A DNA stretch of 64,000 nucleotides from Antedon mediterranea (Eukaryota; Animalia; Echinodermata): NCBI RefSeq assembly GCF_964355755.1, contig NC_092678.1, positions 3,488,422 to 3,552,421 on the forward strand. The letters run 5' to 3'. Both the position numbers and the translations under genes were made by a program. Below are positions 27,201 through 39,157 of the stretch, piece after piece. The notes under the pieces are model-generated. The model was given only the letters and a program-made list of their open reading frames with translations, was not told where the DNA came from and searched no databases. Each line of letters begins with the position of its first letter. Position 1 is the stretch's first letter.

Positions 27201-30200
27201 CCTGTACCACTGCTTGGATAACCATCACTGCCAGTACCGCGATCTGGATTTTCATTAGTACCGGTTTCACTAACAGGATAATTTCCATTTTTTCCTGTAC
27301 CACTACCTGGATATCCTCCTTGTTGCGTCCCACCAGTGTTAGGATAAGTTCCTGTTCCACTAGTTTCTGAATTTACATTAGTACCGGTTTCACTACCTGG
27401 ATAATTTCCATTTCCTTCTGAACCACTACCTGGATATCCTCCTTGTTGCGTCTCACCTGGTGTTGGATAAGTTCCAGTTCCACTGTTTCCAGGATTTACA
27501 TTAGTACCGGTTTCACTACCAGGATAATTTCCATTTCCTCTTGTACCACTACCTGGATATCCTCCTGTTCGCGTCCCACCAGATGTAGGATAAGTTCCTG
27601 TTCCACTACTTTCTGGATGTCGTCCAGATGTACCACTGTTTGGATAACCATTACTGCCGATACCGCGATCTGGATTTACATTAGTACTCGTTTCACTACC
27701 AGGATAATTTTCATTTCTTCCTGTACTACTACCTGGATATCCTCTTTGTTGCGTCCCACCTGGTGTAGGATAGGTTCCTGTACCACTGCTTGGATAACCA
27801 TCACCGCCAGTACCACCGCGATCTGGATTTTCATTAGTACCGGTTTCACTACCAGGATAATTTCCATTTCTTCCTGTACCACTACCTGGATATCCTCCTT
27901 GTTGCGTCCCACCAGTGTTAGGATAGGTTCCAGTTCCACTGTTTTCTTGATTCACATTAGTACGGGTTTCACTACCAGGATAATTTCCATTTCCTCCTAT
28001 ACCACTACCTGGATATCCTCCTGTTCGCGTCCCACCAGATGTGGGATAAGTTCCAGTTCCACTGTTTCCGGGATTTATATTAGTACCGGTTTCACTACCA
28101 GGATAATTTCCATTTCCTCCTGTACCACTACCTGGATATCCTCCTGTTCGCGTCCCACCAGATGTAGGATAAGTTCCTGTTCCACTACTTTCTGGATATC
28201 GTCCAGATGTACCACTGTTTGGATAACCATCACTGCCGGTACCGTGATCTGGATTTACATTAGTACTCGTTTCACTACCAGGATAATTTTCATTTCTTCC
28301 TGTACCACTACCTGGATATCCTTGTTGCGTCCCACCTGGTGTAGGATAGGTTCCTGTACCACTGCTTGGATAACCATCACTGCCAATACCGCGATCTGGA
28401 TTTTCATTAGTACCGGTTTCACTAACAGGATAATTTCCATTTCTTCCTGTACCACTACCTGGATATCCTCCTTGTTGCGTCCCACCAGTGTTAGGATAAG
28501 TTCCTGTTCCACTAGTTTCTGAATTTACATTAGTACCGGTTTCACTACCTGGATAATTTCCATTTCCTTCTGGACCACTACCTGGATATCCTCCGGTTGG
28601 CGTCCCACCAGATGTGGGATAAGTTCCAGTTCCACTGTTTCCTGGATTTACATTAGTACCGGTTTCACTAATAGGATAATTTCCATTTCCTCCTCTACCA
28701 CTACCTGGATATCCTCTTGTTCGCGTCCCACCGGATGTGGGATAAGTTCCAGTTCCACTGTTTCCGGGATTTACATTAGTACCGGTTTCACTAATAGGAT
28801 AATTTCCATTTCCTCCTCTACCACTACCTGGATATCCTCCTGTTCGCGTCCCACCGGATGTGGGATAAGTTCCAGTTCCACTGTTTCCGGGATTTACATT
28901 AGTACCGGTTTCACTAATAGGATAATTTCCATTTCCTCCTCTACCACTACCTGGATATCCTTCTGTTCGCGTCCCACCAGATGTAGGATAAGTTCCTGTT
29001 CCACTACTTTCTGGATATCGTCCAGATGTACCACTGTTTGGATAACCATCACTGCCGGTACCGTGATCTGGATTTACATTAGTACTCCTCTCACTACCAG
29101 GATAATTTTCATTTCTTCCTGTACCACTACCTGGATATCCTCCTTGTTGCGTCCCACCTGGTGTAGGATAGGTTCCTGTACCACTGCTTGGATAACCATC
29201 ACTGCCAGTACCGCGATCTGGATTTTCATTTGTACCGGTTTCACTACCAGGATAATTTCCATTTCTTCCTGTACCACTACCTGGATATCCTCCTTGTTGC
29301 GTCCCACCAGTGTTAGGATAAGTTCCTGTTCCACTAGTTTTTGAATTTACATTAGTACCGGTTTCACTACCTGGATAATTTCCATTTCCTTCTGAACCAC
29401 TACCTGGATATCCTCCTTGTTGCGTCCCACCTGGTGTAGGATATGTTCCTGTACCACTGCTTGGATAACGATCACTGCCAGTACCGCGATCTGGATTTAC
29501 ATTAGTACCCGTTTCACTACCAGGATAATTTCCATTTCCTTCTGGACCACTACCTGGATATCCTCCTGTTCGCGTCCCACCAGATGTAGGATAAGTTCCT
29601 GTTCCACTACTTTCTGGATGTCGTCCAGATGTACCACTGTTTGGATAACCATCACTGCCGATACCGCGATCTGGATTTACATTAGTACTCGTTTCACTAC
29701 CAGGATAATTTTCATTTCTTCCTGTACCACTACCTGGATATCCTCCTTGTTGCGTCCCACCTGGTGTAGGATAGGTTCCTGTACCACTGCTTGGATAACC
29801 ATCACCGCCAGTACCGCGATCTGGATTTTCATTAGTACCGGTTTCACTACCAGGATAATTTCCATTTCTTCCTATACCACTACCTGGATATCCTCCTTGT
29901 TGCGTCCCACCAGTGTTAGGATAAGTTCCTGTTCCACTACTATCTGGATTTTCATTAGTACCGGTTTCACTACCAGGATAATTTCCATTTCCACCTGAAC
30001 CACTACCTGGATATCCTTCTTGTTGCGTCCCACCTGGTGTAGGATAGGTTCCTGTACCACTGCTTGGATAACGATCACTGCCAGTACCGCGATCTGGATT
30101 TACATTAGTACCCGTTTCACTACCAGGATAATTTCCTTTTCCTTCTGGACCACTACGTGGGTATCCTCCTGTTCGCGTCCCACCGGATGTGGGATAAGTT

Positions 30201-33200
30201 CCAGTTCCACTGTTTCCGGGATTTACATTAGTACCGGTTTCACTACCAGGATAATTTCCATTTTCCCCTGTACCACCACCTGGATATCCTTCTGTTCGCG
30301 TCACACCAGATGTAGGATAAGTTCCTGTTCCACTACTTTCTGGATATCGTCCAGATGTACCACTGTTTGGATAACCATCACTGCCGGTACCGTGATCTGG
30401 ATTTACATTAGTACTCGTTTCACTACCAGGATAATTTTCATTTCCTCCTATACCACTACCTGGATATCCTCCTTGTTGCGTCCCACCTGGTGTAGGATAG
30501 GTTCCTGTACCACTGCTTGGATAACCATCACTGCCAGTACCGCGATCTGGATTTTCATTAGTACCGGTTTCACTAACAGGATAATTTCCATTTCTTCCTG
30601 TACCACTACCTGGATATCCTCCTTGTTGCGTCCCACCAGTGTTAGGATAAGTTCCTGTTCCACTAGTTTCTGAATTTACATTAGTACCGGTTTCACTACC
30701 TGGATAATTTCCATTTCCTTCTGAACCACTACCTGGATATCCTCCTTGTTGCGTCTCACCTGGTGTTGGATAAGTTCCAGTTCCACTGTTTCCGGGATTT
30801 ACATTAGTACCGGTTTCACTACCAGGATAATTTCCATTTCCTCCTCTACCACTACCTGGATATCCTTCTGTTCGCGTCCCACCAGATGTAGGATAAGTTC
30901 CTGTTCCACTACTTTCTGGATATCGTCTAGATGTACCACTGTTTGGATAACCATCACTGCCGGTACCGTGATCTGGATTTACATTAGTACTCCTCTCACT
31001 ACCAGGATAATTTTCATTTCTTCCTGTACCACTACCTGAATATCCTCCTTGTTGCGTCCCACCTGGTGTAGGATAGGTTCCTGTACCACTGCTTGGAAAA
31101 CCATCACTGCCAGTACCGCGATCTGGATTTTCATTTGTACCGGTTTCACTATCAGGATAATTTCCATTTCTTCCTGTACCACTACCTGGATATCCTCCTT
31201 GTTGCGTCCCACCAGTGTTAGGATAAGTTCCTGTTCCACTAGTTTTTGAATTTACATTAGTACCGGTTTCACTACCTGGATAATTTCCATTTCCTTCTGA
31301 ACCACTACCTGGATATCCTCCTTGTTGCGTCCCACCTGGTGTAGGATATGTTCCTGTACCACTGCTTGGATAACGATCACTGCCAGTACCGCGATCTGGA
31401 TTTACATTAGTACCCGTTTCACTACCAGGATAATTTCCATTTCCTTCTGGACCACTACCTGGATATCCTCCGGTTGGCGCCCCACCAGATAGATAAGTTC
31501 CAGTTCCACTGTTTTCTGGATTTACATTAGTACGGGTTTCACTACCAGGATAATTTCCATTTCCTCCTATACCACTACCTGGATATCCTCCTGGTCGCGT
31601 CCCACCAGATGTGGGATAAGTTCCAGTTCCACTGTTTCCGGGATTTACATTAGTACTGGTTTCACTACCAGGATAATTTCCATTTCCTCCTGTACCACTA
31701 CCTGGATATCCTCCTGTTCGCGTCCCACCAGATGTAGGATAAGTTCCTGTCCCACTGCTTTCTGGATGTCGTCCAGATGTACCACTCTTTGGATAACCAT
31801 CACTGCCGATACCGCGATCTGGATTTACATTAGTACTCGTTTCACTACCAGGATAATGTTCATTTCCTTCTGAACCACTACCTGAATATCCTCCTTCTAG
31901 CGTCCCACCTGGTGTAGGATAGGTTCCTGTACCACTGCTTGGATAACTATCACCGCCAGTACCGCTATCTGGATTTAAATTGGTACCGGTTTCACTACCA
32001 GGATAATTTCCGTTTCTTGCTGTAACACTTCCTGGATATCCTCCTTGTTCCGTCCCACCAGTGTTAGTATAAGTTCCAGTTCTACTGTTTTCTGGATATC
32101 CTCCAGCTGTACCATTGTTAGGATAACCATCACTGCCAGTACTGCGATCTACATTAATACCCGTTTCACTACCAGGATAATTTCCATTTCCTCCTGTACC
32201 ACTACCTGGATATCCTCCTTGTTGCGTCCCACCAGATTTAGGATAGGTTCCTGTACCACTATTTGGATAACCATCACTGCCAGTACCGCGATCTACATTA
32301 ATACCCGTTTCACTACCAGGATAATTTCCATTTCCTCCTGTACCAGTACCTGGATATCCTCCTTGTTGCGTCCCACCAGATGTAGGATTGGTTCCTGTAC
32401 CACTATTTGGATATCCATTACTGCCAGTACCGCGATCGGGATTTACATTAATACCTGTTTCACTAACTGGATAATTTCCATTTTCTCTTGTACCACTACC
32501 TGGATATTCTCCGGTTCGAGTCCCACCAGAGTTAGGATATGTTCCATTTCCATTGTTTTCTGGATATCGTCCAGTTGTACCACTGTTAGGATAACCATCA
32601 CTGCCAGTACTGCGATCTGGATTTACATTAGTACCCGTTTCACTACCAGGATAATTTCCGTTTCTTACTGTACCACTACCTGGATATCGTCCTTGTTGCG
32701 TCCCACCAGAGTTAGGATAAGTTCCAGTTCCACTGTTTTCTGGATATCGTCCAGCAGTACCACTGCTTTTATCACTGCCAGTACCGCGATCTGGAGTGAC
32801 GTTAGTACCCGTTTCACTACCAGGATATTTTCCGTTTCTTACTGTACCACTATCTGTTGGATATCCTCCTTGTTGCGTCCCACCTGAGTTAGGATAAATT
32901 CCAGTACCGCTGCTTTCTGGATATCGTCCAGCTGTACCACTGTTTGGATAACCATCACTGCCAGTACCGCGATCTGAGTTTACATTGGTACCGGTTTCAC
33001 TACCAGGATAATTTCCATTTCTTGCTCTACCACTTCCTGGGTATCCTCCTTGTTGCGTCCCACCTGAGTTAGGATAAGTTCCAGTTCCACTGTTTTCTGG
33101 ATATCGTCCAGCAGTACCACTGCTTGGGTAGCTATCACTGCCAGTACCGCGATCTGGATTTACGTTAGTACCCGTTTCACTACCAGGATAATTTCCGTTT

Positions 33201-36200
33201 CTTGCTGTACCACTTCCTGAATATCCAGTTCCACGGTTTTCTGGATATCGTCCAGATCTACCACTGTTTGGATAACCATCACTGCCAGTACTGCGATCAG
33301 GATTTATATTAGTACCCGTTTCACTACTAGGATAATTTCCATTTCCTCCTGTACCACTACCTGGATATCCTCCTTGTTGCGTCCCACCAGATGTAGGATA
33401 GGTTCCTGTACCACTATTTGGATAACCATCACTGCCAGTACCGCGATCTACATTAATACCCGTTTCACTACCAGGATAATTTCCATTTCCTTCTGTACCA
33501 CTACCTGGATATCCTCCTTGTTGCGTCCCACCAGATGTAGGATTGGTTCCTGTACCACTATTTGGATATCCATTACTGCCAGTACCGCGATCGGGATTTA
33601 TATTAATACCTGTTTCACTAACTGGATAATTTCCATTTTCTCCTGTACCACTACCTGGATATTCTCCGGTTCGAGTCCCACCAGAGTTAGGATATGTTCC
33701 ATTTCCATTGTTTTCTGGATATCGTCCAGATCTACCACTGTTTGGATAACCATCACTGCCAGTACTGCGATCAGGATTTATATTAGTACCCGTTTCACTA
33801 CCAGGATAGTTTCCATTTCCTCCTCCTGTACCACTACTTGGATATCCTCCCTGTTGCGTCCCACCTGAGTTAGGATAAGATCCAGTTCCACTGTTTCCGG
33901 GATATCGCCCAGCTGTAGCACTGCCAGGATAAGCATCGCTGCCAGTACCGTGATCTGGATTTACATTGATACCGGTTTCACCACCAGGATAGTTTTCCTT
34001 TCCTCCTGTACCACTACTTGGATATCCTCCTTGTTGCGTCCCATCTGAGTTAGGATAAGTTCCATTTCCACTGTTTCCGGGATATCGCCCAGCTGTACCA
34101 CTGTCAGGATAAGCATCGCTGCTAGTACCGCGATCTGGATTTACATTGGTACCGGTTTCACCACCATGATAGTTTCCATTTCCTCCTGTACCACTACCTG
34201 GATATCCTCCTTGTTGCGTCCCACCTGGTGTAGGATAGGTTCCTGTACCACTGCTTGGATAACGATCACTGCCAGTACCGCGATCTGGATTTACATTAGT
34301 ACCCGTTTCACTACCAGGATAATTTCCATTTCCTTCTGTACCACTACCTGGATATCCTCCGGTTCTCGTCCCACCAGATGTAGGATAAGTTCCAGTTCCA
34401 CTGTCAGGATAAGCATCGCTGCTAGTACCGCGATCTGGATTTACATTGGTACCGGTTTCACCACCATGATAGTTTCCATTTCCTCCTGTACCACTACCTG
34501 GATATCCTCCTTGTTGCGTCCCACCTGGTGTAGGATAGGTTCCTGTACCACTGCTTGGATAACGATCACTGCCAGTACCGCGATCTGGATTTACATTAGT
34601 ACCCGTTTCACTACCAGGATAATTTCCATTTCCTTCTGTACCACTACCTGGATATCCTCCGGTTCTCGTCCCACCAGATGTAGGATAAGTTCCAGTTCCA
34701 CTGTCAGGATAAGCATCGCTGCTAGTACCGCGATCTGGATTTACATTGGTACCGGTTTCACCACCATGATAGTTTCCATTTTCTCTTGTACCACTACCTG
34801 GATATTCTCCGGTTCGAGTCCCACCAGAGTTAGGATATGTTCCATTTCCATTGTTTTCTGGATATCGTCCAGTTGTACCACTGTTAGGATAACCATCACT
34901 GCCAGTACCGCGATCTGGATTTACATTAGTACCACTTTCACTACCAGGATAATTTCCGTTTCTTGCTGTACCGCTTCCTGGATATCTTCCTTGTTGCGTC
35001 CCACCATCAGAGTTAGGATATGATCCAGTTCCACTGTTTTCTGGATCTCCTCTTGGTAGCGACCCTCCAGAGCTAGGGTAAGAATTGCGTCCAGTTGTCG
35101 TACCACTATTTGGGTAAGTGCCTTTATATATCTTATGAATATTACAATCGGTATAGATTCCTCTTTCATGCTCCCTTTCTGAATGTGTTCTCTCGTTATC
35201 AGTTTTGTCAGCACTCTGACGGACTGGTGTGCTGCTATCAGTAGTATAAAAACGGCTTCTACTTGTTGAATATGTTGGTCTATCCCTACTATCCGGATTC
35301 ATGCCTTTACTTCTGTCTGTATAGTACCTCCTTAGAATACCACCGTCTTGATTTCCTCTATTTTCAACAGTGCCATCTACTGGATACAGTCCAGTACCCC
35401 TCTCTTTATTTGTGTTGGTACTAGTACCTCTTTCTGGGTAATATTTTGTTCTTGTGCCATCATTTTTCGGGAGGCTGCTATTTCGTTTGCCACCATTTTG
35501 TGATCCAGGTTCAGGAATATGAGTACCGAAATTGACATTGTCGCTATCTCGGCATAAATGCCAGCCTGGGAATAGATCTAATATAGTACGTCGAATATTT
35601 GAATTGTCAACAGTAGGACTGTCATTGTAAGTTCGTTCTCTTTGCTGTGTATAACCGGGGTTGACGTCTGTTGTTTGTTGTCGGGGGTAACCATCCATGC
35701 CACCAGACGAATAACCAACATTATAACCTTGTCTTTGGTCTGGATACTGGTTGTAATAGTTAGTGCCTGGATACCGATATTGATTTCCAGGATACATACC
35801 GGTGTTATAATATCCACCCGTGTTTGGTGACTGTTGGGGATACCATCCCCTTGGTGCTGATGTATAATATCTATTATTGTAAGAATCGCCATTATTTGCT
35901 GGATATCTCATTTCCCTTCCAGGATACCTTGCAGTGTCAGGTGTTCTTTGGTGAGAATAAAAGTCGTATCCACTAGGATAGGGACCGTAATTTGGTTGTG
36001 CTTCTCTGTATGGATACTGAGTTGTGCCAGGACCTGAATAGAAGCCAGTATTAGGTCCTGCTCTTCTTGGGTAGCCGTTTGCGTCACCTTGTGGGTATAA
36101 GCCAGTCCTACCTTGGGAATACGTTCCGAAGTTGGCTTGATCAGGCTGTGGATATGGTAAGAAACCTATTACTGGATACATGCCACCACTGCTGCTGCTA

Positions 36201-38626
36201 CTACTACTACTACTACTGCTGCTGCTACTACTACTGCTGCTGCTGCTACTACTGCTGCTGCTACCGTCTGCAGAGGTAGTTGTTGAAGTAGAATCTTTTT
36301 CGTTTTTATCACGAGGGACGTTATCACTTTGTGAAGATGATTTGTTTGGATCCTCGACTCCAGTAACTGGTTCTTGACGGAAATTTCTTTCATTTGTCAC
36401 AATCTGATTTCTTCTTTCATTTATATCAGGTAAAATTGGCTCATTTGTATCAGGTAAAATGGGCTCATTTGGATAAGTCTCGTCTCGTTCAGAAGGAATC
36501 TCTTGTTTTGGATTCGAATTGAAATTAGTACCCCTATCAGAATCCGTTGGTTGAAAAGAAGGTTGTTCTTTTCTTCTTGAAGGATCTTCCCGACCAACAT
36601 TTTTTTCATTTCCTTTGTTTGGATTTCCCCGAGTGTTTTCCTTGCCACCATTTCCACTGCGAGTAGGTCCAGGATTTTTCACAGGATTTTGTGGATCACT
36701 TGATGTAGGTCTATCTGTAATGTTTAATATTAAAGAATGATTGAAGATAAATAATTTAAAAGTATTGTACTACTTGTAATAATTTTCCTCGAATTTCATT
36801 CGCTTTTTTGAACAGAAAATACAGATGATACTCTTACTTGGTTTTTGAGCTATGTAGCGTGTTGTCTGCTCTCCGCTGTCGTCATCATTACTATCACCGC
36901 CAGTATTCTGTTTGGCAACTTCGCCATATTTAACTCCTGTCAATATACAATACCAAACATTGTAATTAATGGTATAAATTATGAAAAATAAGGTTTTATA
37001 CTGCATCTATTAATACGCTAGGTGGATAAAAGGATAGTAATAGTAATACCGTACCTCCACTTTCACCACTGTCATCGTCATCACCTTCTGTGTAAGCGAC
37101 GACACCAGTTCCTAAGGAAATACAAACTTCCAAATTAAAGGCTAACCAAACAAGTACACTGTATCATGTATATAAAAGGTAACAATACACAGGCAGACAA
37201 ATAAACATGTAGTAAAAATGAAGAATAAAAGGTAATTGTAATTATTAAAGTTGACGCACCTTTTCTGATTTCACCGCTATCGTCATCATCACCTTCAGCA
37301 AATTCCTGTTGTAATGTTCCTATAGAAATACAAACTTCCAAATTAAAGGCTAACCAAACAAGTACACTGTATCATGTATATAACATGTATACTTATACAA
37401 GATACTAAAGAAGAAGAAATGAAGAATAAAAGGAACTGTGACGCACCTGCTCTGATTTCACCGCTGTCGTCATCATCACCTTCTGTGTTAGTGACGACAC
37501 CATCAGCGAGTTCCTGTTTTAATGCTCCTAACGAAATTATAAAACTAAAGTTTAAACTGGAAAATATAATAATCATTTATATACAAATATTACAAAACAC
37601 AAACTAAACATAGACTTGAAGTTAAAAAATATTTTTAAAAATAAAAGCGAAAATGTACCGGTAGTTATATTATCATTATTAACGCACCTCCAGTTTTGAT
37701 TTCACCGCTATCATCGTCATCACCGTTTGTCAATGCAGCTCCAACACCGCCAATGAGTTCTTGTAGCAGTTCTTTTTCTTTTAAGGAAAGTAAAGTGAAG
37801 TTTATAATAACAGTTTTTATTATTACAGTTGCCTGACAGTGATGTTTTGTGATTTGGATTCTGGCAATTCCATTGTCGAATCATCAACAAAATTTATTTT
37901 ATATTATATTAAAAACTGTAATTAATAATGTATGTACTCATTATTATTTATGTAATCATAATACTATTATGGGATGGTATCGTATTTGTAAAGCGTTTTA
38001 TAATGACAACTGTCTGAAATGACAGTGGACTAATGCTGCATCATCTCCTTTCCTAATAGTCCATTTGTTTCGAACTCATGCAGTTGTATCTTACTTTGTG
38101 CATTTTCCCCGTACTTTAGCTTAATAATACCCCGAATATGTAGATATTGGTTATTGAAACATAACTATTAAAACTGTTTTGTGTTTACCATGTTCTTGAT
38201 TAAGTGCGTCAGGTTCAACTGTACCGCCTACCAATCGTGCGATTACAGATCCAATGCTTCCACCGCCACCACTATCATCATCATCATCATCTAAAGGAAA
38301 CATTTTTTTAACTTTCTTTCTTAAGATTCATTAAGTTTTTTAAACAACCCCACGAAAGAGAAAAAAAAAAGTTTTTTTAAACAAGTACCTCTTTTTTCAA
38401 CTAATTTTAAATATATGTTATTGACGCTCAAAGAGACGCGCACGTTCAAAAGCTGATAAAAACAGCATGACTTTTCTTTGCGTTAACTTGTTGTGTGTGT
38501 GTTATTGACGATAGTTAATATGTAAATGTCTCACTTACCACTTTCATGTCCAACAAGTTCTCTCCATGGCAATGATGTTACCTTCGTTGTAAGAACTACC
38601 AGTATTAATAAACTGCGCATGTGCAT
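18216..38626 (-). CDS. Gene E: giant secreted Gly/Ser/Thr/Tyr-Pro repeat protein with acidic DDDSG N-terminus and 3 C-terminal Kazal domains, about 6050 aa, 12 coding exons
   Basis: Exons 38626-38539 (MHMRSLLILVVLTTKVTSLPW.., signal-like), 38290-38189, 37777-37688, 37527-37447, 37319-37260, 37111-37055, 36936-36838, 36714-19897, 19755-19540 (Kazal), 19346-19140 (Kazal), 18909-18778, 18418-18216 (Kazal, TGA). All phase-1 GT-AG; total 18153 nt. A 5'UTR exon ends at the donor near 39040. Confidence 0.85.
19897..36714 (-). CDS. Gene E giant exon (16,818 nt, 5606 codons): poly-Ser, Tyr-rich block and GYPGSGTG-type repeat array
   Basis: Uninterrupted 5634-aa ORF in the track; acceptor tacag at 36715-36719 and donor gtaac at 19892-19896 keep phase 1 with the flanking exons. 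Confidence 0.93.
20520..35040 (-). repeat. Coding tandem array: 39-aa core SGTGTYPTSGGT(RT/QQ)GGYPGSGTG(G/R)N(G/E)NYPGSETGTN(V/E)NP in 123/150/180-bp variants forming a 576-bp higher-order repeat
   Basis: Shadow ORFs recur at 23494, 24070, 24646, 25222, 25798 and 26374 (576-bp steps); 41+41+50+60 aa = 192 aa. Confidence 0.95.
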
Positions 38627-39120
38627 CCCTGTGTGTTAACATTAAAATACTGATAGTTGAAAAGACATTCGGAGTGTTATTACCGCACTCAAACCCGTGC
38701 GTGCGTCCGTGCATATGTACAGCTCATAGTTTACGCGCATGACATTACTACCTGGCCCATTATTATTTTTTAAATATATAGTTTAAATACCGTATTAGGT
38801 AAATTCAGCAATACGTGTTGCGCAAAATTGCGGACCTGTTTTTATAACCGCTAACGCATTACTAACTTAAGACAACGATTGATACCTAATAATAAAAGTA
38901 TTTAAACAAATTAACTTATTTATAACAAGGTTAATATGTTTAACTGCTATAAGTAATATACACCTGCAAAGAATAATTTAATTTTAAAATTGCTATTATT
39001 ATTTTTATTAATAATACTAAATAAATTTAATATCGCTTACCGTGACACTGTGTTCCTTAATTGTGATGGAAGTTGTTGTCGACTTATTTTCTGTTTGACT
39101 AAAAAGTTTACAAACTCCAC

Positions 39121-39157
39121 TTTATACCCAGCAAGTTGGTCTAGGTAATGACGTCAT
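39121..39157 (-). promoter_or_regulatory. Gene E core promoter: TATAAA box plus palindromic CRE (ATGACGTCAT)
   Basis: Minus-strand TATAAA at 39121-39126 and TGACGTCA at 39149-39156, upstream of a short 5'UTR exon ending at a gtaag donor (39036-39040). Confidence 0.55.

Noticed and set aside
20459-35023. Long plus-strand ORFs (e.g. 23435-26695, 1086 aa) and short alternative-frame minus-strand ORFs inside the array
   Set aside because: These are shadows of the repeat codons. They are broken by stops at random, whereas the GYP frame is continuously open.
20520-35040. CRISPR-like or non-coding satellite reading of the array
   Set aside because: There are no unique spacers, the context is eukaryotic, and unit lengths are multiples of 3 within one open frame.
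36067-36393. Poly-Leu, poly-Cys/Tyr and poly-Ala/Val ORFs
   Set aside because: They are other frames of the AGY poly-Ser tract.
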